NCBI GenBank assembly: GCA_964016885.1
Contig: OZ024743.1
Location: 275,032,001 to 275,096,000 of the forward strand
Reading direction: 5' to 3'
From: Eledone cirrhosa
Lineage: Eukaryota
DNA: 64,000 nt
In this document: one piece after another, positions 13,854-26,682 of the stretch
Layout of the letters: every line of letters starts with the position of its first letter
Position numbering within the stretch: the first letter of the stretch is position 1
The notes under the pieces: model-generated
Database searches by the model: none
Told to the model about the DNA's origin: nothing
Seen by the model: only the letters and a program-made list of their open reading frames with translations
Position numbers and translations under genes: made by a program

Positions 13854-13904
13854 TCATCGATATTTGATTCTTATAGAATTCTAGTAAATAATCAGGAATT
13901 GATT

Positions 13905-14701
13905 ATACAGAGCGGTTGCCGGTCAAGCAGAAATTGTTAATCGGTCGGGGTACCGAAAACGATAAACGGAAAAAATGAAACGAAATTTCACATTTCTCAC
14001 TCTTAGTACAGCTGTCACTTAAATATAAGTATGTATACGTACATACATATATGTATACAGACGTACAGTAGTATGTATATATATATACATACATGCACAC
14101 ATATATATATGTACGTATAGATTCACCGAACATTTATTATAATGCTCGGTTTGTTTGTAAACAGACATCCCGAATTAAGCTGTACAGTGTTTAGAAACTA
14201 TCGTTGCCCTTTTGTTCAACACTGACAAAGGAACGATGTCCTAGTTTCAAGCTTATTAGCTATCGTCAGCACAGTATACCAGATGATTGAAAGTCTGAAA
14301 GTATATACTTTCCTTATGTAAATTAGGCTGCTCAGCCGTTAATATGCATAAGGAAAGTATATACTTTCAGGCGTTCAATCATCTGGTAGGAAGGTATACG
14401 GTGCTGAGGATAGCTAATAAGGTTGAAACTAGTACATCGTTCCTTTAACAGTGTTGAACAAAAGGGCAACGATGGTTGCTAAACACTGTACGGCTCGGTT
14501 TGTTTGTAAACAAACATCCCGAGCATTATAATAAATGTTCGTTGAATCCATACGTTCATATATATATGTGTGCATGTATGTATATATATACATACTACTG
14601 TACGTCTGTATACATATATGTATGTACGTATACATACTTATATTTAAGTAACAGCCGTACTTAGAGTGAGAAATGAAATTTCGTTTCATTTTTTCCATTT
14701 A
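13905..14701. mobile_element. ~740-bp fold-back element with a hammerhead in each arm
   Basis: Arms 13962-14330/14333-14701. Plus 14398-14440 reads ACGGTG-CTGAGGA-tagctaataaggtt-GAAA-C TA G-TA^-CATCGT; mirror copy on minus ~14235-14275. Confidence 0.8.
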
Positions 14702-14718
14702 TATATATATATATATAT

Positions 14719-15483
14719 ATAAAAACAAATAACGAAACGAAATTAAATTTCGTTTCGTTTGTAACTCACTTTTGTATGACTGACGCTTAAACAATTAAGT
14801 TAAAAATGTACATCCACATATGTATACTGAAATACTAGTATGCATATGAATACACACAAGTATACATATGTAGATGTACCGAGTTTTTCACTGGTCACTT
14901 TACTGTGAGTGTTCAGCTATTCTGTATGTAAACACACAGACAAACCGGTTTTTAGAGTCATACTGGTTTTTGAGGAAACACCTTTCCTCTATTCTCCAGA
15001 AAGCCAGACAAGGAATATTGAACTAGTTTCGATGTTGTTACATCTCATCAGCAATATTTACCTATCTTCCGGCCTTTCTAGAGAATCGTAAAAGCACATA
15101 TCGTTATATGCTTTTTCTATGAAAATTAGTAGTGGGCAGACTAATTTGCATAGAGCGTGAGTACGTACCGGTTCAACGGAGACGATAAAAACAAATAACG
15201 AAACGAAATTAAATTTCGTTTCGTTTGTAACTCACTTTTGTATGACTGACGCTTAAACAATTAAGTTAAAAATGTACATCCACATATGTATACTGAAATA
15301 CTAGTATGCATATGAATACACACACGTATACATATGTAGATGTACCGAGTTTTTCACTGGTCACTTTACTGTGAGTGTCCAGCTATTCTGTATGTAAACA
15401 CACAGACAAACCGGTTTTTAGAGTCATACTGGTTTTTAAGCGTCAGTCATACAAAAGTGAGTTACAAACGAAACGAAATTTAA
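14719..15483 (-). mobile_element. Tandem 468-bp hammerhead-bearing unit (retrozyme/pLTR-like) with short inverted end
   Basis: Direct repeats 14719-14970/15187-15437, inverted copy 15437-15483, hammerhead between the direct repeats. Confidence 0.75.
15014..15058 (-). ncRNA. Minimal type I hammerhead ribozyme
   Basis: Minus: AATATTG-CTGATGA-gatgt aaca acatc-GAAA-C TA G-TT^-CAATATT. Confidence 0.85.
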
Positions 15484-17640
15484 TCAACCACTCCAAATCG
15501 TTTGCCATACACATAGATGTTTGGTTCAGTGTACTGCTTACCAGGGGCAGGTTGGTACATGACGACGGTTTTCTTGAGACTGACAGTCAATCCTAGGGCA
15601 GTGCAAGCGTCAGAAAATGCATTCAAAATGTGCTGCATATCACTCTCTGTGTGCGCTACAAGATCGCAATCATCTGCATACAAGAGGTCTCTTATGATTG
15701 ATGTAAATACTTTTGTTTTCGCAGCAAAGCGCCTGATGTTAAATATGCTGCCTGAGGTTCGATATCGGATGTAAACACCATGCTCATAATTCCTGAATGC
15801 AATACAGAAAACCATTGCAAAGTATATGGCAAACAGGGTCGGTGCTGGAATATACCCCTGTTTCACACCATTTTTTACTCAGATAGGCTCCGACATGTTA
15901 CCTCCGACATTAACCCAAGCCTTCATGTCGTCATGGAAAGACCTAACTGAAGCAAGGAACTTATCAGGGCAACCAAGTTTCTGGAGAAAGCTTCCATAAT
16001 GCATTTCTGTTAACAGTATCGAAAGCTTTTGCGAAGTCGACAAAAACCTGATACAGATCCAAACCTTGTTCCATGTACTTCTCCTGGATAGCCACTTCTC
16101 GAGATAGCCACTTCAACCTCCACAAGCGTCGGAGGTTCTGCGAGAGCTACTTTCACAGGACTTTCTGGAATGAGATTGAGGAAATCTTCACTGACGACAG
16201 ACGGCTGATTCAAAAGATCATCAAAGTGCTCTCGCCACCTTCGTAGAATTCCTTGGGAGTCTCGAAGAAGTTCTTTGCCATCCTTGCTGCGAAGCGGTGT
16301 CACCAGAGAAGAAGACGGTCCATAAACCTCACGCAAGAGACTGTACAACAGCTTTGTGTTATTGGAATCTGACGCAGTTTGTATCTCACCAGCCTTCTCA
16401 CTCCACCACTCATCCTTCATCTGAGAAAGACTCCGCCTAACACGTGATTTTACATCCTTGAGTTCCTCATGCAACGTATTCCTCTCCTGTTGTTTTGCCG
16501 TCAAGTAGCGTGACAGAGCACGCCTCTTATCAGCCAACAAGTCTTCTATATGTACATCATTCTCATTAAACCAGTCCTGATGTTTTCTCTGCTCCAATCC
16601 CAGAACAAGCCTGCCTACATCATAAACCGACTTTTTAAGGGTCGGCCAATCCTCACCAAGATCTGCAGCCTGCATTTCTTCTTCCAATGTCCTCTTCACA
16701 TGTTTATCCTTAAGACGAGTAGCATTCAATCTTTTGGGCAGGGCAACACCAGGAGCCCGGAATTTACGTTTAGTGATTAGTTTCACTTTTGCGCGTACCA
16801 GGCGATGGTCCGTCCAGCACTCAGCTCCACGAAGAGCACAAACACACTGCACATCCTGTCTGTCACGCATCCTGACTAGGACGTAATCCAAAAGATGCCA
16901 TTCCTTAGATGCAGGATGCATCCATGTGGTCTTGAATTTGTTTTTTTGCTGGAACATAGTGTTGGTAACACACAGATCCAGCTCCTCACACATCTGCAGC
17001 AGGAGCATACCATTGTTTTTACACCTTCCCACCCCATGCCTTCCGATTACATTCCATGTGTTAAAATCCCTACCCACTCTAGCATTAAAGTTACCAAGCA
17101 CGGTGGCTTTGTCTGCCTGAGGGATATTTCTTAAAACACCTTTCAAGGCATGGTATAAAAGTACACTTTTTCTTCATCGACAGAATTCATAGTTGGAGCA
17201 TACACACTCACCAGGGTCGCATATCTTCCTTTGTCCAGCGGAATTCTCATGGACATAAGACGCTCATTAATCCCTACTGGGAATTCTTCTAATTTATTCA
17301 CAAGAACAGTCTTAACAGCAAATCCTACCCAGCCTCTCTTCTGGTTCCTTCATCTCTTCCTTTCCAGAAGAATGTATATTCTCCACAAAATTCTGTAAGA
17401 TGACCATCTGCAGCTAACCTCGTCTCAGATAAAGCCACGATGTCAAGATCGTAACGTCGAAGCTCCTTTGCAACAAGAGCGGTCCTTCGTTCAGGACGCT
17501 CCAAGGAATCCCTGTCAAGCAGCGTCCGTACGTTCCAGCAGCCAAGACTAAATGCCCTGTTTGGCTCTATTACAATGGCACAATGACGAGCGGGCCCAGG
17601 CTGTGATAACCTGGGTCCCCTGCCCTTATTGCCAATTATC
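15484..17640 (-). mobile_element. RTE-BovB-type LINE, 5' part (APE endonuclease to RT), frameshifted with internal deletion
   Basis: GCWNVRTL..ERRTALVAKEL..IVALSETR at ~17550; GNFNARVG, TWMHP..WHLLDY, TDHRLV in ORF 16010-17146; KQG..APTLF and YADD in 15480-15866. Confidence 0.9.
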
Positions 17641-17743
17641 TTTTTTGTTCCAGAATCTAAATTGCCAATTATCTCTTTTATATTGTTCTAGAACATCATT
17701 GAATTGGGAAGAAAAAAAAAAAAAAAGTAATAATAATAGTAAC

Positions 17744-17782
<39 letters not shown>

Positions 17783-17783
<1 letters not shown>

Positions 17784-19945
17784 TTTTCTTTATTAAGCAC
17801 AAGGGTTTACATAAAGTAGACAATAAGGACAGTACAGGACAATACAGGACGGTACAAATGGGCATTTCTGCGTGTAAAAAAAACAGAGGATGAAATAAAA
17901 ATAACAAAGAAAAATTCCCCAATAGGGGGGGAGACTTCCGAGGGACATTTGTGGAGAAAGCCCATTAAAAGACCACAGTGGCCCTGACCACCAGGGCAAG
18001 TGCCCTCTCCCAGTTTTCCACCTTTAATTTACAGACACATACTCAGAGAAGGCCCATTCATTCGGGCCATACTTGCTTCTCTCACCCATCTTTCAACAAA
18101 ATGCTGGGAAGAGAGCACTTCCCTCTCTACCCTGATTTTCCTTTTCAAATGAAATTTGAAAAAGTTAATCAGGGCATCACCGAAGAGGTAAGTGCTCGTC
18201 TTCAGCCCTTTCAAACGTGTCCACCATACTATCTCTTTCACCATGGCCACCAGACAGATAAAAACTGCCTGCCCTTCCCGGCTAAAGGAAGAGGGCGGGG
18301 CAATCCTCACGATGGACTCAGCTGATAGCTGGATCCGTCCTACACGTGACAGCAGGTGTTCGACATAAACCCACAAGTCAGCAATGCTCGGACACTGGAC
18401 GAGTGCATGCAGGACGGTTTCGTCGCCCTGTGCGCATCTCGGACATGCCCGGCTGACGGCACCTCCATGCCTGTAAAGTTTATCCCGAACTGGAAAAGCA
18501 CCCCGGTAGCACTGCCAGGCCAGGGATTTCTGGAAGTTGTCCATAGGCCCCGGCCCGAAAGTCCTTCCGAAGAGATTGGCTAGTTGATTTTCGTCGACGC
18601 CTAGAGTTTCTCCAAGTACGTCGTCGCTCTTCCCCTCCACTAATCCCCTATAGAACGCCAAGGTGGAGTTTCCACCGATCACATTGCCCGATTGGTCGAG
18701 GGCTGTGAGCGCCTGAAGACATTCCAGTCTCCAAGCGCTCCCTCTCGGTCTTCGCTTGACCCAGGACTGTAGCTCCGTCAAGGAGACGAGCTGGGGAAAA
18801 ACGTGTCTAGCAAACGGCGACCACACCTGATCACCGTCGAGGAAGAGGTGGAGATGTCGTAGCCTGAGCGCGTGTCTGCGCATCATCAGCCACGGCATGC
18901 CCAGCCCTCCACGTAGCGGGTGTTGACAGCAGATGGACCGCCTGACCATCGGAGCGCGTCCCTTCCACAAGAAGCGAAAGAGCAAACGCTCCAGCGCAGT
19001 CAGGCGGGGCTTAGGACAAGGTACGACGGTCAGGCGGTATCAGATGACGGACGCGATGTACGCGTTAGCCACCTCCGCTCGACCTTTCAGGGATAGCTTC
19101 CTCTCGGCCCATTTCTGGGTGAGAGAAGCCACCCTGCTCGTCACCTCGTCCCAGTTTTTGTCCGTCTGGAGGTCTGGACCGAACCAGACCCCTAGTAATT
19201 TAACCGGTCCGTCCGTCCAGCGCCCGACGACGCTGTTGGACGGCATGGACCTGCCTCTCCAGGTGCCGAGCTGCAGGCCCACTGACTTTTCCTGGTTGAT
19301 CATTGCTCCTGTCACCGCTTCGTATTCTCTTAGTGTAGTGCCGATCGCCTCGATGTGTTTGGCGTTCGACACCACTACGGTGACGTCATCGGCATATGCT
19401 GACACGGATCTTCCGCATCCTATTTCGCGCGGGATCCCCCTCAACGTCTCCAGTTTGTGCAGTAATGGCTCAAGAGTCAATACGTACAATAGGGACGAGA
19501 GGGGACATGCTTGGCGGACTGAGCGCATGATGTTGAACGGTTCCGAAAGGTGACCGTTCACTCTCACTACAGAGCAGATGTTGCTGTGCATGGCAGCGAT
19601 CCAGCCTCTGAAGACGGGCCCAAAGCCAGCCGCCCTCAGGACTGCCGCTAGGTAACGATGGTCGACCCTATCGAAGGCTTTCGACTGATCTAAATTGATC
19701 AAAGACCCACCCGTGCCATGTTCCCTAGCTACCCTCTCTACGATGTATCGCATGAGGTGGAGGTTGTCGTGGATGGATCTGTCGGGAATGGCGCATGTCT
19801 GTGCCTCTCCCACCAGACCACCAACGACAAGCGCCAACCTCTTTGCTAGCACCTTGGCCAAAATCTTGAACTCTGTGTTTAGCAGAGTTATGGGCCTAAA
19901 ATTATCTATGTTATCCCCCTTGTTCGGATCCTTTCTCAGCAGCGC

Positions 19946-19949
<4 letters not shown>
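17783..19949 (-). mobile_element. Tx1/L1-clade LINE, 5'-truncated (related to 1802-4297)
   Basis: ORFs 19040-19960 (NFRPITLLN, DQSKAFDRV, AYADD) and 18029-18985 (CPRC..ETVLHALVQC); 3' UTR with AATAAA then (TTA)n. Confidence 0.9.
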
Positions 19950-20006
<57 letters not shown>

Positions 20007-20221
20007 CCGTCATTACTGATACAAGATTACAAGATTGTGTCAACTGTTGACTTTCAAGAGTTCGTATAGTTGAAGCCGTTCGTATTACAGTCCAGTATTA
20101 TTATAATTGCTTTACAGCATAGAGCTATGGCTCTCCACGCTCTGAGCTCAAATCCCGCCGAGGGATACATACATACATACATACATACATACATACATAC
20201 ATACATACATACATACATACA

Positions 20222-20252
<31 letters not shown>

Positions 20253-20423
20253 TGGCATTGATGCCTGTAAGACTCTCCATAAACTCTTGCCTGTGCGACC
20301 TATGTGGCTTGGTCTGTAGGTCAATGGCGGGTTTGAAATGTCACATGAGACACCGCCATCCAGAGAGGTGAACTTTTGTTGGACACTCATACGTCGGATA
20401 TCGACGGGGCAGTCCATCATCAT
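20253..20423 (+). mobile_element. RTE-BovB-type 3' terminal fragment
   Basis: [23 protein letters not shown]2H2-like terminus, followed by a short (CAT)n tail. Confidence 0.7.
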
Positions 20424-20580
20424 TTATATATATATATATGTGTTTGTGTGTGTATGTATGTTTATTGACATGGACCACCTGCTGTGGAAATGCAATTTGC
20501 CCGATTATGTAACTGCTGATAACACGTAATTTTCTGATCACTGCAGATTTAATATCTGTAGTGAAACATATTGCACTGAA

Positions 20581-20655
<75 letters not shown>

Positions 20656-20665
20656 AGTGTATATG

Positions 20666-20696
<31 letters not shown>

Positions 20697-20743
20697 ATAT
20701 ACATATATGTATATATATATGTTTGTGTGTGTGTGTGATATTA

Positions 20744-20911
20744 TATATAGAAATGACTTCATCAGGAAAGGTTCATGATTTCATGCAAATTAAGCAGTTC
20801 TGGTCCTGTAGAAGTCATTTTTTATATAAAATAAAGATGCCCTTAGTCTATTAATGTATTGAGTACGTTTTGTAACTGTGGTCACCTCCCGCTACCCATC
20901 GGGAATCCACC
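20744..20911 (+). mobile_element. Degenerate relative of the 432-625 fold-back hammerhead element
   Basis: Shares cagttct.gtcctgtagaa and aatgtattgagtac..actgtggt.acctcc; short inverted arm aaatgacttc/gaagtcattt. Confidence 0.65.
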
Positions 20912-21037
20912 TGCATGCATGTATGTGTAGTAGGTGGATTCATACATACATACATACACACATACACATACATACATACATACATACATACATACATACA
21001 TACATACATACATACATACATACATACATACATACAA

Positions 21038-21103
21038 ACAACCTTGCCACCAGGAAGGTGGCCGGTCAAAAAAAATATACTCGAAATTAAGAGAAAGAGA
21101 TAA
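21038..21103 (+). mobile_element. 66-bp 3' tip of the (TACA)n-associated R4/Dong-type LINE
   Basis: Near-identical to 25487-25551 and 26619-26682; (TACA)n on both sides. Confidence 0.9.
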
Positions 21104-21523
21104 CATACATACATACATCAAAAATTTTGCATCTAATAACTACATATACACATGTACAGATACAAAGCATATACACATGCACACATACAACTCAAAACAT
21201 CCACATCCACACATACAATAACATCCATATCTACAGATGCATGCATACATACATATCTACCTAGTTGATGTTGTGTAAATTCCAATGAGAGAGTCGTGTG
21301 TCTATGTTAGAAACCGACTCTCTCTCTATTGGTAAAACTTTGCGAAATTATAAAACCAGAAGAACATACATACATACGTACATACATACTTATATACATA
21401 CTTATATACATACATACATACATACATACATACATAACTTTGCGAAATTATAAAACCAGAAGAACATACATACATACGTACATACATACTTATATACATA
21501 CATACATACATACATACATACAT

Positions 21524-24500
21524 AAAATGGCGACCGTTGTGGTCAGTGTCCGATCATCGGACGTGTGTAATTACGGCTTACATGAAGGCAACATACCATA
21601 TATTGGAAAAAGTTGAGCTACATTACGCGGTAAGATTACATACAATAATTCTACATAAGTGTTTGAACTGTAAGTGTGTTGTAAAACACCTATTTATATG
21701 AACGATACATACACTTATGATATATGAACGATACATACACTTTAACATATAAATGCAACGTTGTTATATTACATTTATAAAGAAATATTACATTTATATA
21801 AAACACAGTTGTAGAATTAAAAACTAACTGAAAAGAAATATTACTCAAGCTGTGAATAACTTTAAATTTGATTCTGACAGAACTTTGTCGTAACTTTTAA
21901 AGAAGATCATCGACTATTTTGAAAAATAAATACGAAATATTAGTGAATAGACGAACTCATCATGGCAAAAAGTACAAGTCTCCTTCGACCAAATCGCAAT
22001 TACAACCGTTGTACACAGTGGAGCTACGAGCTTAACAAAGTATTATATGAAGCATACAAACAATCTGAACCCCAAAAGTTCGGTTTTATGCAAAGGCTAA
22101 AAACTTTATGGAACTCCAAACACCCAGAATTAGACTTTTCTCCAAAGCATTTAAATGAACAGGCAAAACGTATCATTAGATGTAAATTGATACATCTAAC
22201 GGAATCGAGTGATACTACAAATACAGCCCTTGTAGACAACCACCCCACCTCCACTGACAGACAAAGAGAATGGCCAGCTAAATCTAACAGTGAACAGCTC
22301 ACCAACAATTTTGCTGAAATTCATCCCACTTCCACTGAAGAACAGCGAGAAAGGTCAGCTGACTCTAGTAGTAATTGTCACCACACCAACAACGAGGCTG
22401 AAATTCATGACTCTACTGAACAAACAGAGCACCAAAAACTTGTGGGCTCCCTACAAGTGATATGGAATGATATGTTTCAAGAGATTCACAGCCTTAATGT
22501 GAGTGACAGACCATACAACACTAGAGTCAGTAAAGAACCCACTAAATTGGAATTGGAAGCGGTGAACGAAATAGCTGGCAATTATCTGAAGGCTATACGA
22601 TCTAAAGGTGTAGAAACGACATTTGAAACGCTTAATGTTTTGTTATATGTTTCAGCTGTCACATTGCTAGCATATAACAAACATCTAAAACCACGCAATC
22701 AAGATACAAACAGAAAGCCTGAACCAGCGTGGATGCGAAATTTAAAAACCAAAATTTTGTCCCTGAGACGAAGTATCTCACACATCGCAGTCGTTATGAA
22801 ATGCAACATAGAGAGCAACTTCACACAACACCAGGAAGACCTAAAGAAAAAGTTAGAGAGAAGATTTGGAGATACAAAATTTAAAACTTTGAACTCCAAA
22901 TTACACCAGTTGAAACAACAACTCACAGCTACAACAGAAAGACTAAAATATAAGTCAACAGCACATAAACGACAAGTGCTAAATAGATTGTTTGCCAGAG
23001 ACCCTAAATCAGTTTATTGCAGCTTCGGTGGCAAAAGCTCAATCTCTGTAAATGACACCCCTTCAAAAGAACAGGTTGAGAGCTACTGGAGATCTGTATG
23101 GGAAACGGATGACGGATTCAACAGACAAGCTAATTGGCTAAAAGAACTGGAACAGGACTACTGCCAACATGTCCAGACAAAACAATATGACATAGATGGG
23201 TCAATACTGGAAACAGCTCTACAGAAAATGTCGAATAGGAAATCGCCAGGCCCAGACCTCATTACAGGATACTGGTTGAAGAATTTCACTTTCTATCGGC
23301 AAGATCTCATACGGCTGTTTACAGAAACCATTAAGGGCACACAAGAACTGCCCAGATGGTTATCAACTGCCTCTACTCTCCTCATTCCCAAAAATAGCCA
23401 AACCACCCTTGCTAAAAATTACCGCCCAATTGCCTGCCAAAACATCATGTATAAATTATATACTGGGTGCCTTAACCTGTTCCTACAGGATCACTGTGCT
23501 ACCAACAACATCATAACACCTGAGCAAGCTGGTGGAAAGAGGGAGGTGTGGGGTTGCATAGATCACCTACTAACTAACAAAATTATTCAGGAAAAAACAA
23601 CAAAGAATCGCAGAAACATGACTGTCGTGTGGCTGGACTATCAAAAAGCATTTGATAGTGTACCTCATGGGTGGATTGTTAAGGCTTTACAGTTAGCTAA
23701 AGTCCCACAACCATTGGTAGCTGCTGTTGAACACCTGACCAAGAACTGGTACACCAGTTTGATCCTTAGAGGTGAGAAGGAGCAGGTTAAGACTGATAAG
23801 ATACATTACCAGAAGGGCATCTTTCAGGGTGATAGCTTGTCAGTGCTACTCTTCGTTCTCTCACTGAATCCACTATCTTACCTACTCAGGAAACAAGGTC
23901 GACAAAGAAGTGGGACCAGAAGTATCTCCCATCTTTTCTTTGTTGATGACCTGAAGTTGTATGGGCCAAATATCAATGACATCAAGAAACAATTGGACCT
24001 CATTACACAATTTTCAACCGACATCAAAATGAAATTTGGTGAGTCCAAGTGTGCATATTTGGCAGTAAAACGTGGAAGAGCTGTGCCCTCCTCTAGAAAT
24101 CTAGAGATGAACGGCCTGACAATACAACCTCTGCAGTCAGGTGACAACTACAGATATCTTGGACAGGATGAGAATGTCAGATATGATGGACCCATAAATA
24201 AGGAGAGAACCAGAACTGAATACCTCAGAAGAGTAAAGAAAATATGGTCATCAGAACTGTCAGCATACAACAAATACATTGCCCACAATACTTATGCTGT
24301 GCCAATTCTAACGCCAACATTTGGCCTACTGAACTGGTCATTGCAAGAACTAAGTGAGATGGATGTTAGAACTCGAAAACTTCTCAGTGTTACTGGGAAC
24401 TTTAACATCAATGGTGATGTGGATAGGCTATACTTCTCACGCAAGGAAGGTGGCCGGGGTCTAAAATCAATATTAACAACATATGAGACCCGGATAGTGA

Positions 24501-25551
24501 CACTGAAGCAACACCTTCAACAGAGGAAAAAGGTTGGCAACCATCTTGCCCAGGTTTATGACCATGAAAAAAGAAATATCATTGGAATAGCGACTGATCT
24601 GGAGGAGAGATATGGAATAAAGCCCGATATAAATCTCTCACCCAGAGAAATCGGAAGATCCTATTCAATGTTCAAACAAGAAAAAAAAATTGACCAATTT
24701 ACAGAAAAAGTTGTGCATGGATACTTGAGGTGTAAAAGACAGACCATAGAGGGGATAAATCACTCAAAAAGCCTGGCATGGAGTTCCGACAAGTTTATGA
24801 CATCACACCTTGAGGGATATCTCTATGCAATACAGGAACAAGAACTCCCTACCAAATATCTGCTGCACAAAAGAGGAGGGCCAGCAGCTGACAATAAATG
24901 TAGGCTATGTAAAACAAAGATCGAGGATGTAAGCCACATTGTTGCCAGCTGCGAAAGAATGTCATCTCGCTACTACCTCCCCATGAGACACGGTGGGATA
25001 GCTAGAACCATCTGGAACGCACTTCGGAAAACAAAATTAACAACAAACGAGGAAGAATATATTGAGACAGATGGCACTAAGGAATACTTGTGGAACCTGA
25101 AAATAAAAACTGCCACCAAATTAAAGCACAACCGGCCTGATATTGTAGTTTGGGACCACACATTGAAAACGTGTTCTGTTGTGGAGATCAGCTGCCCACT
25201 TGATGTAAACGTTGTCAGAAAAATACAGGAGAAGGAGGACATCTACGGACCATTGATGAGGAGTTTACAAATCCAGTATCCAAGATACACCTTTAGCTTC
25301 ATACCCATCATTATTGGTGCTACGGGTTATATACCAACCCGCTTGGACCAAAGTATGACTGAACTTGGATTTGCGGACAAAAAGCGCAGCTCCCTAATTC
25401 ATAGTCTACAAATGGCTGCGATAGCTGGCACCTTCAAAATTTGCAAAACATTCTTGCGATTCAAGGGATGACAATTTCTTTTCTTTTACAACTTTGCCAC
25501 CAGGAAGGTGGCCGGTCAAAAAAATATACTCAAAATTAAGAGAAAGAGAAA
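21524..25551 (+). mobile_element. Apparently full-length (~4.0 kb) R4/Dong-type RLE non-LTR retrotransposon inserted in (TACA)n
   Basis: Both junctions abut (TACA)n; single long ORF; short 3' UTR with a gccacc/ggtggc hairpin. Confidence 0.9.
21962..25471 (+). CDS. 1169-aa retrotransposon protein: reverse transcriptase + CCHC knuckle + restriction-like endonuclease
   Basis: KSPGPD, NYRPIAC, WLDYQKAFDSVPH, GIFQGDSLS, FVDDLKL, GGRGL, CRLC..HIVASC, NRPDIVV..VEISCP motifs in an uninterrupted frame. Confidence 0.92.
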   Translation: MAKSTSLLRPNRNYNRCTQWSYELNKVLYEAYKQSEPQKFGFMQRLKTLWNSKHPELDFSPKHLNEQAKRIIRCKLIHLTESSDTTNTALVDNHPTSTDRQREWPAKSNSEQLTNNFAEIHPTSTEEQRERSADSSSNCHHTNNEAEIHDSTEQTEHQKLVGSLQVIWNDMFQEIHSLNVSDRPYNTRVSKEPTKLELEAVNEIAGNYLKAIRSKGVETTFETLNVLLYVSAVTLLAYNKHLKPRNQDTNRKPEPAWMRNLKTKILSLRRSISHIAVVMKCNIESNFTQHQEDLKKKLERRFGDTKFKTLNSKLHQLKQQLTATTERLKYKSTAHKRQVLNRLFARDPKSVYCSFGGKSSISVNDTPSKEQVESYWRSVWETDDGFNRQANWLKELEQDYCQHVQTKQYDIDGSILETALQKMSNRKSPGPDLITGYWLKNFTFYRQDLIRLFTETIKGTQELPRWLSTASTLLIPKNSQTTLAKNYRPIACQNIMYKLYTGCLNLFLQDHCATNNIITPEQAGGKREVWGCIDHLLTNKIIQEKTTKNRRNMTVVWLDYQKAFDSVPHGWIVKALQLAKVPQPLVAAVEHLTKNWYTSLILRGEKEQVKTDKIHYQKGIFQGDSLSVLLFVLSLNPLSYLLRKQGRQRSGTRSISHLFFVDDLKLYGPNINDIKKQLDLITQFSTDIKMKFGESKCAYLAVKRGRAVPSSRNLEMNGLTIQPLQSGDNYRYLGQDENVRYDGPINKERTRTEYLRRVKKIWSSELSAYNKYIAHNTYAVPILTPTFGLLNWSLQELSEMDVRTRKLLSVTGNFNINGDVDRLYFSRKEGGRGLKSILTTYETRIVTLKQHLQQRKKVGNHLAQVYDHEKRNIIGIATDLEERYGIKPDINLSPREIGRSYSMFKQEKKIDQFTEKVVHGYLRCKRQTIEGINHSKSLAWSSDKFMTSHLEGYLYAIQEQELPTKYLLHKRGGPAADNKCRLCKTKIEDVSHIVASCERMSSRYYLPMRHGGIARTIWNALRKTKLTTNEEEYIETDGTKEYLWNLKIKTATKLKHNRPDIVVWDHTLKTCSVVEISCPLDVNVVRKIQEKEDIYGPLMRSLQIQYPRYTFSFIPIIIGATGYIPTRLDQSMTELGFADKKRSSLIHSLQMAAIAGTFKICKTFLRFKG

Positions 25552-25674
25552 ACATACATACATACATACATACATACATACATACATACATACATACATA
25601 CATACATACATACATACATACTTATATCCATACATACATACATACATACATACATACATACATACATACATACA

Positions 25675-25706
<32 letters not shown>

Positions 25707-25709
<3 letters not shown>

Positions 25710-26682
25710 CAATAGGATAGCCACTGATCTGGAGGAGAGATATGGAATAAAGCCTGATATAAATCTCTCACCCAGAGAAATCGGAAGATCCTATTCAATG
25801 TTCAAACAAGATGAAAAAAATTGACCAATTTACAGAAAAAGTTGTGCATGGATACTTGAGACGTAAAACACAGACCATAGAGAGGATAAACCACTAAAAA
25901 AGCCTGGCATGGAGTTCCGACAAGTTTATGACATCACACCTTGAGGGATATCTCTATGCAATACAGGAACAAGAACTCCCTACCAAATATCTGCTGCACA
26001 AAAGAGGAGGGCCATTAGCTGACAATAAATGTAGGCTTTGTAAAACAAAGATCGAAGATGTAAGCCACATTGTTGCCAGCTGCGAAAGAATGTCATCTCG
26101 CTACTACCTCCCCATTAGACACGATGGGATAGCTAGAACCATCTGGAACACACTTCGGAAAACAAAATTAACAACAAACGAGGAAGAATATATTGAGACA
26201 GATGGCACTAAGGAATACTGGTGGAACCTGAAAATAAAAACTGCCACCAAATTCAAGCACAACCGGCCTGATATTGTTGTTTGGTACCACACATTGAAAA
26301 CGTGTTCTGTTGTGGAGATCAGCTGCCCACTTGATGTAAACGTTGTCAGAAAAATACAGGAGAAGGAGGACATCTACGGACCATTGATGAGGAGTTTACA
26401 AATCCAGTATCCAAGATACACCTTTAGCTTAATACCCATCATTATTGGAGCTACGGGTTATATACCAACCCGCTTGGACCAAAGTATGACTGAACTTGGA
26501 TTTGCGGACAAAGAGCGCAGCTCCCTAATTCATAGTCTACAAATGGCTGCGATAGCTGGCACATTCAAAATTTGCAAAACATTCTTGCGATTCAAGGGAT
26601 GACAATTTCTTTTCTTTTACAACCTTGTCACCAGGAAGGTGGTCGGTCAAAAAATATACTCGAAATTAAGAGAAAGAGATAA
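25707..26682 (+). mobile_element. 5'-truncated second copy of the (TACA)n element (endonuclease domain + 3' UTR)
   Basis: Closely matches 24576-25551; ORF 25928-26602; upstream frameshift/stop; (TACA)n on both sides. Confidence 0.92.

Noticed and set aside
18933-19553. 206-aa plus-strand ORF and similar antisense ORFs over LINEs
   Set aside because: Shadow frames of GC-richer retrotransposon coding sequence.
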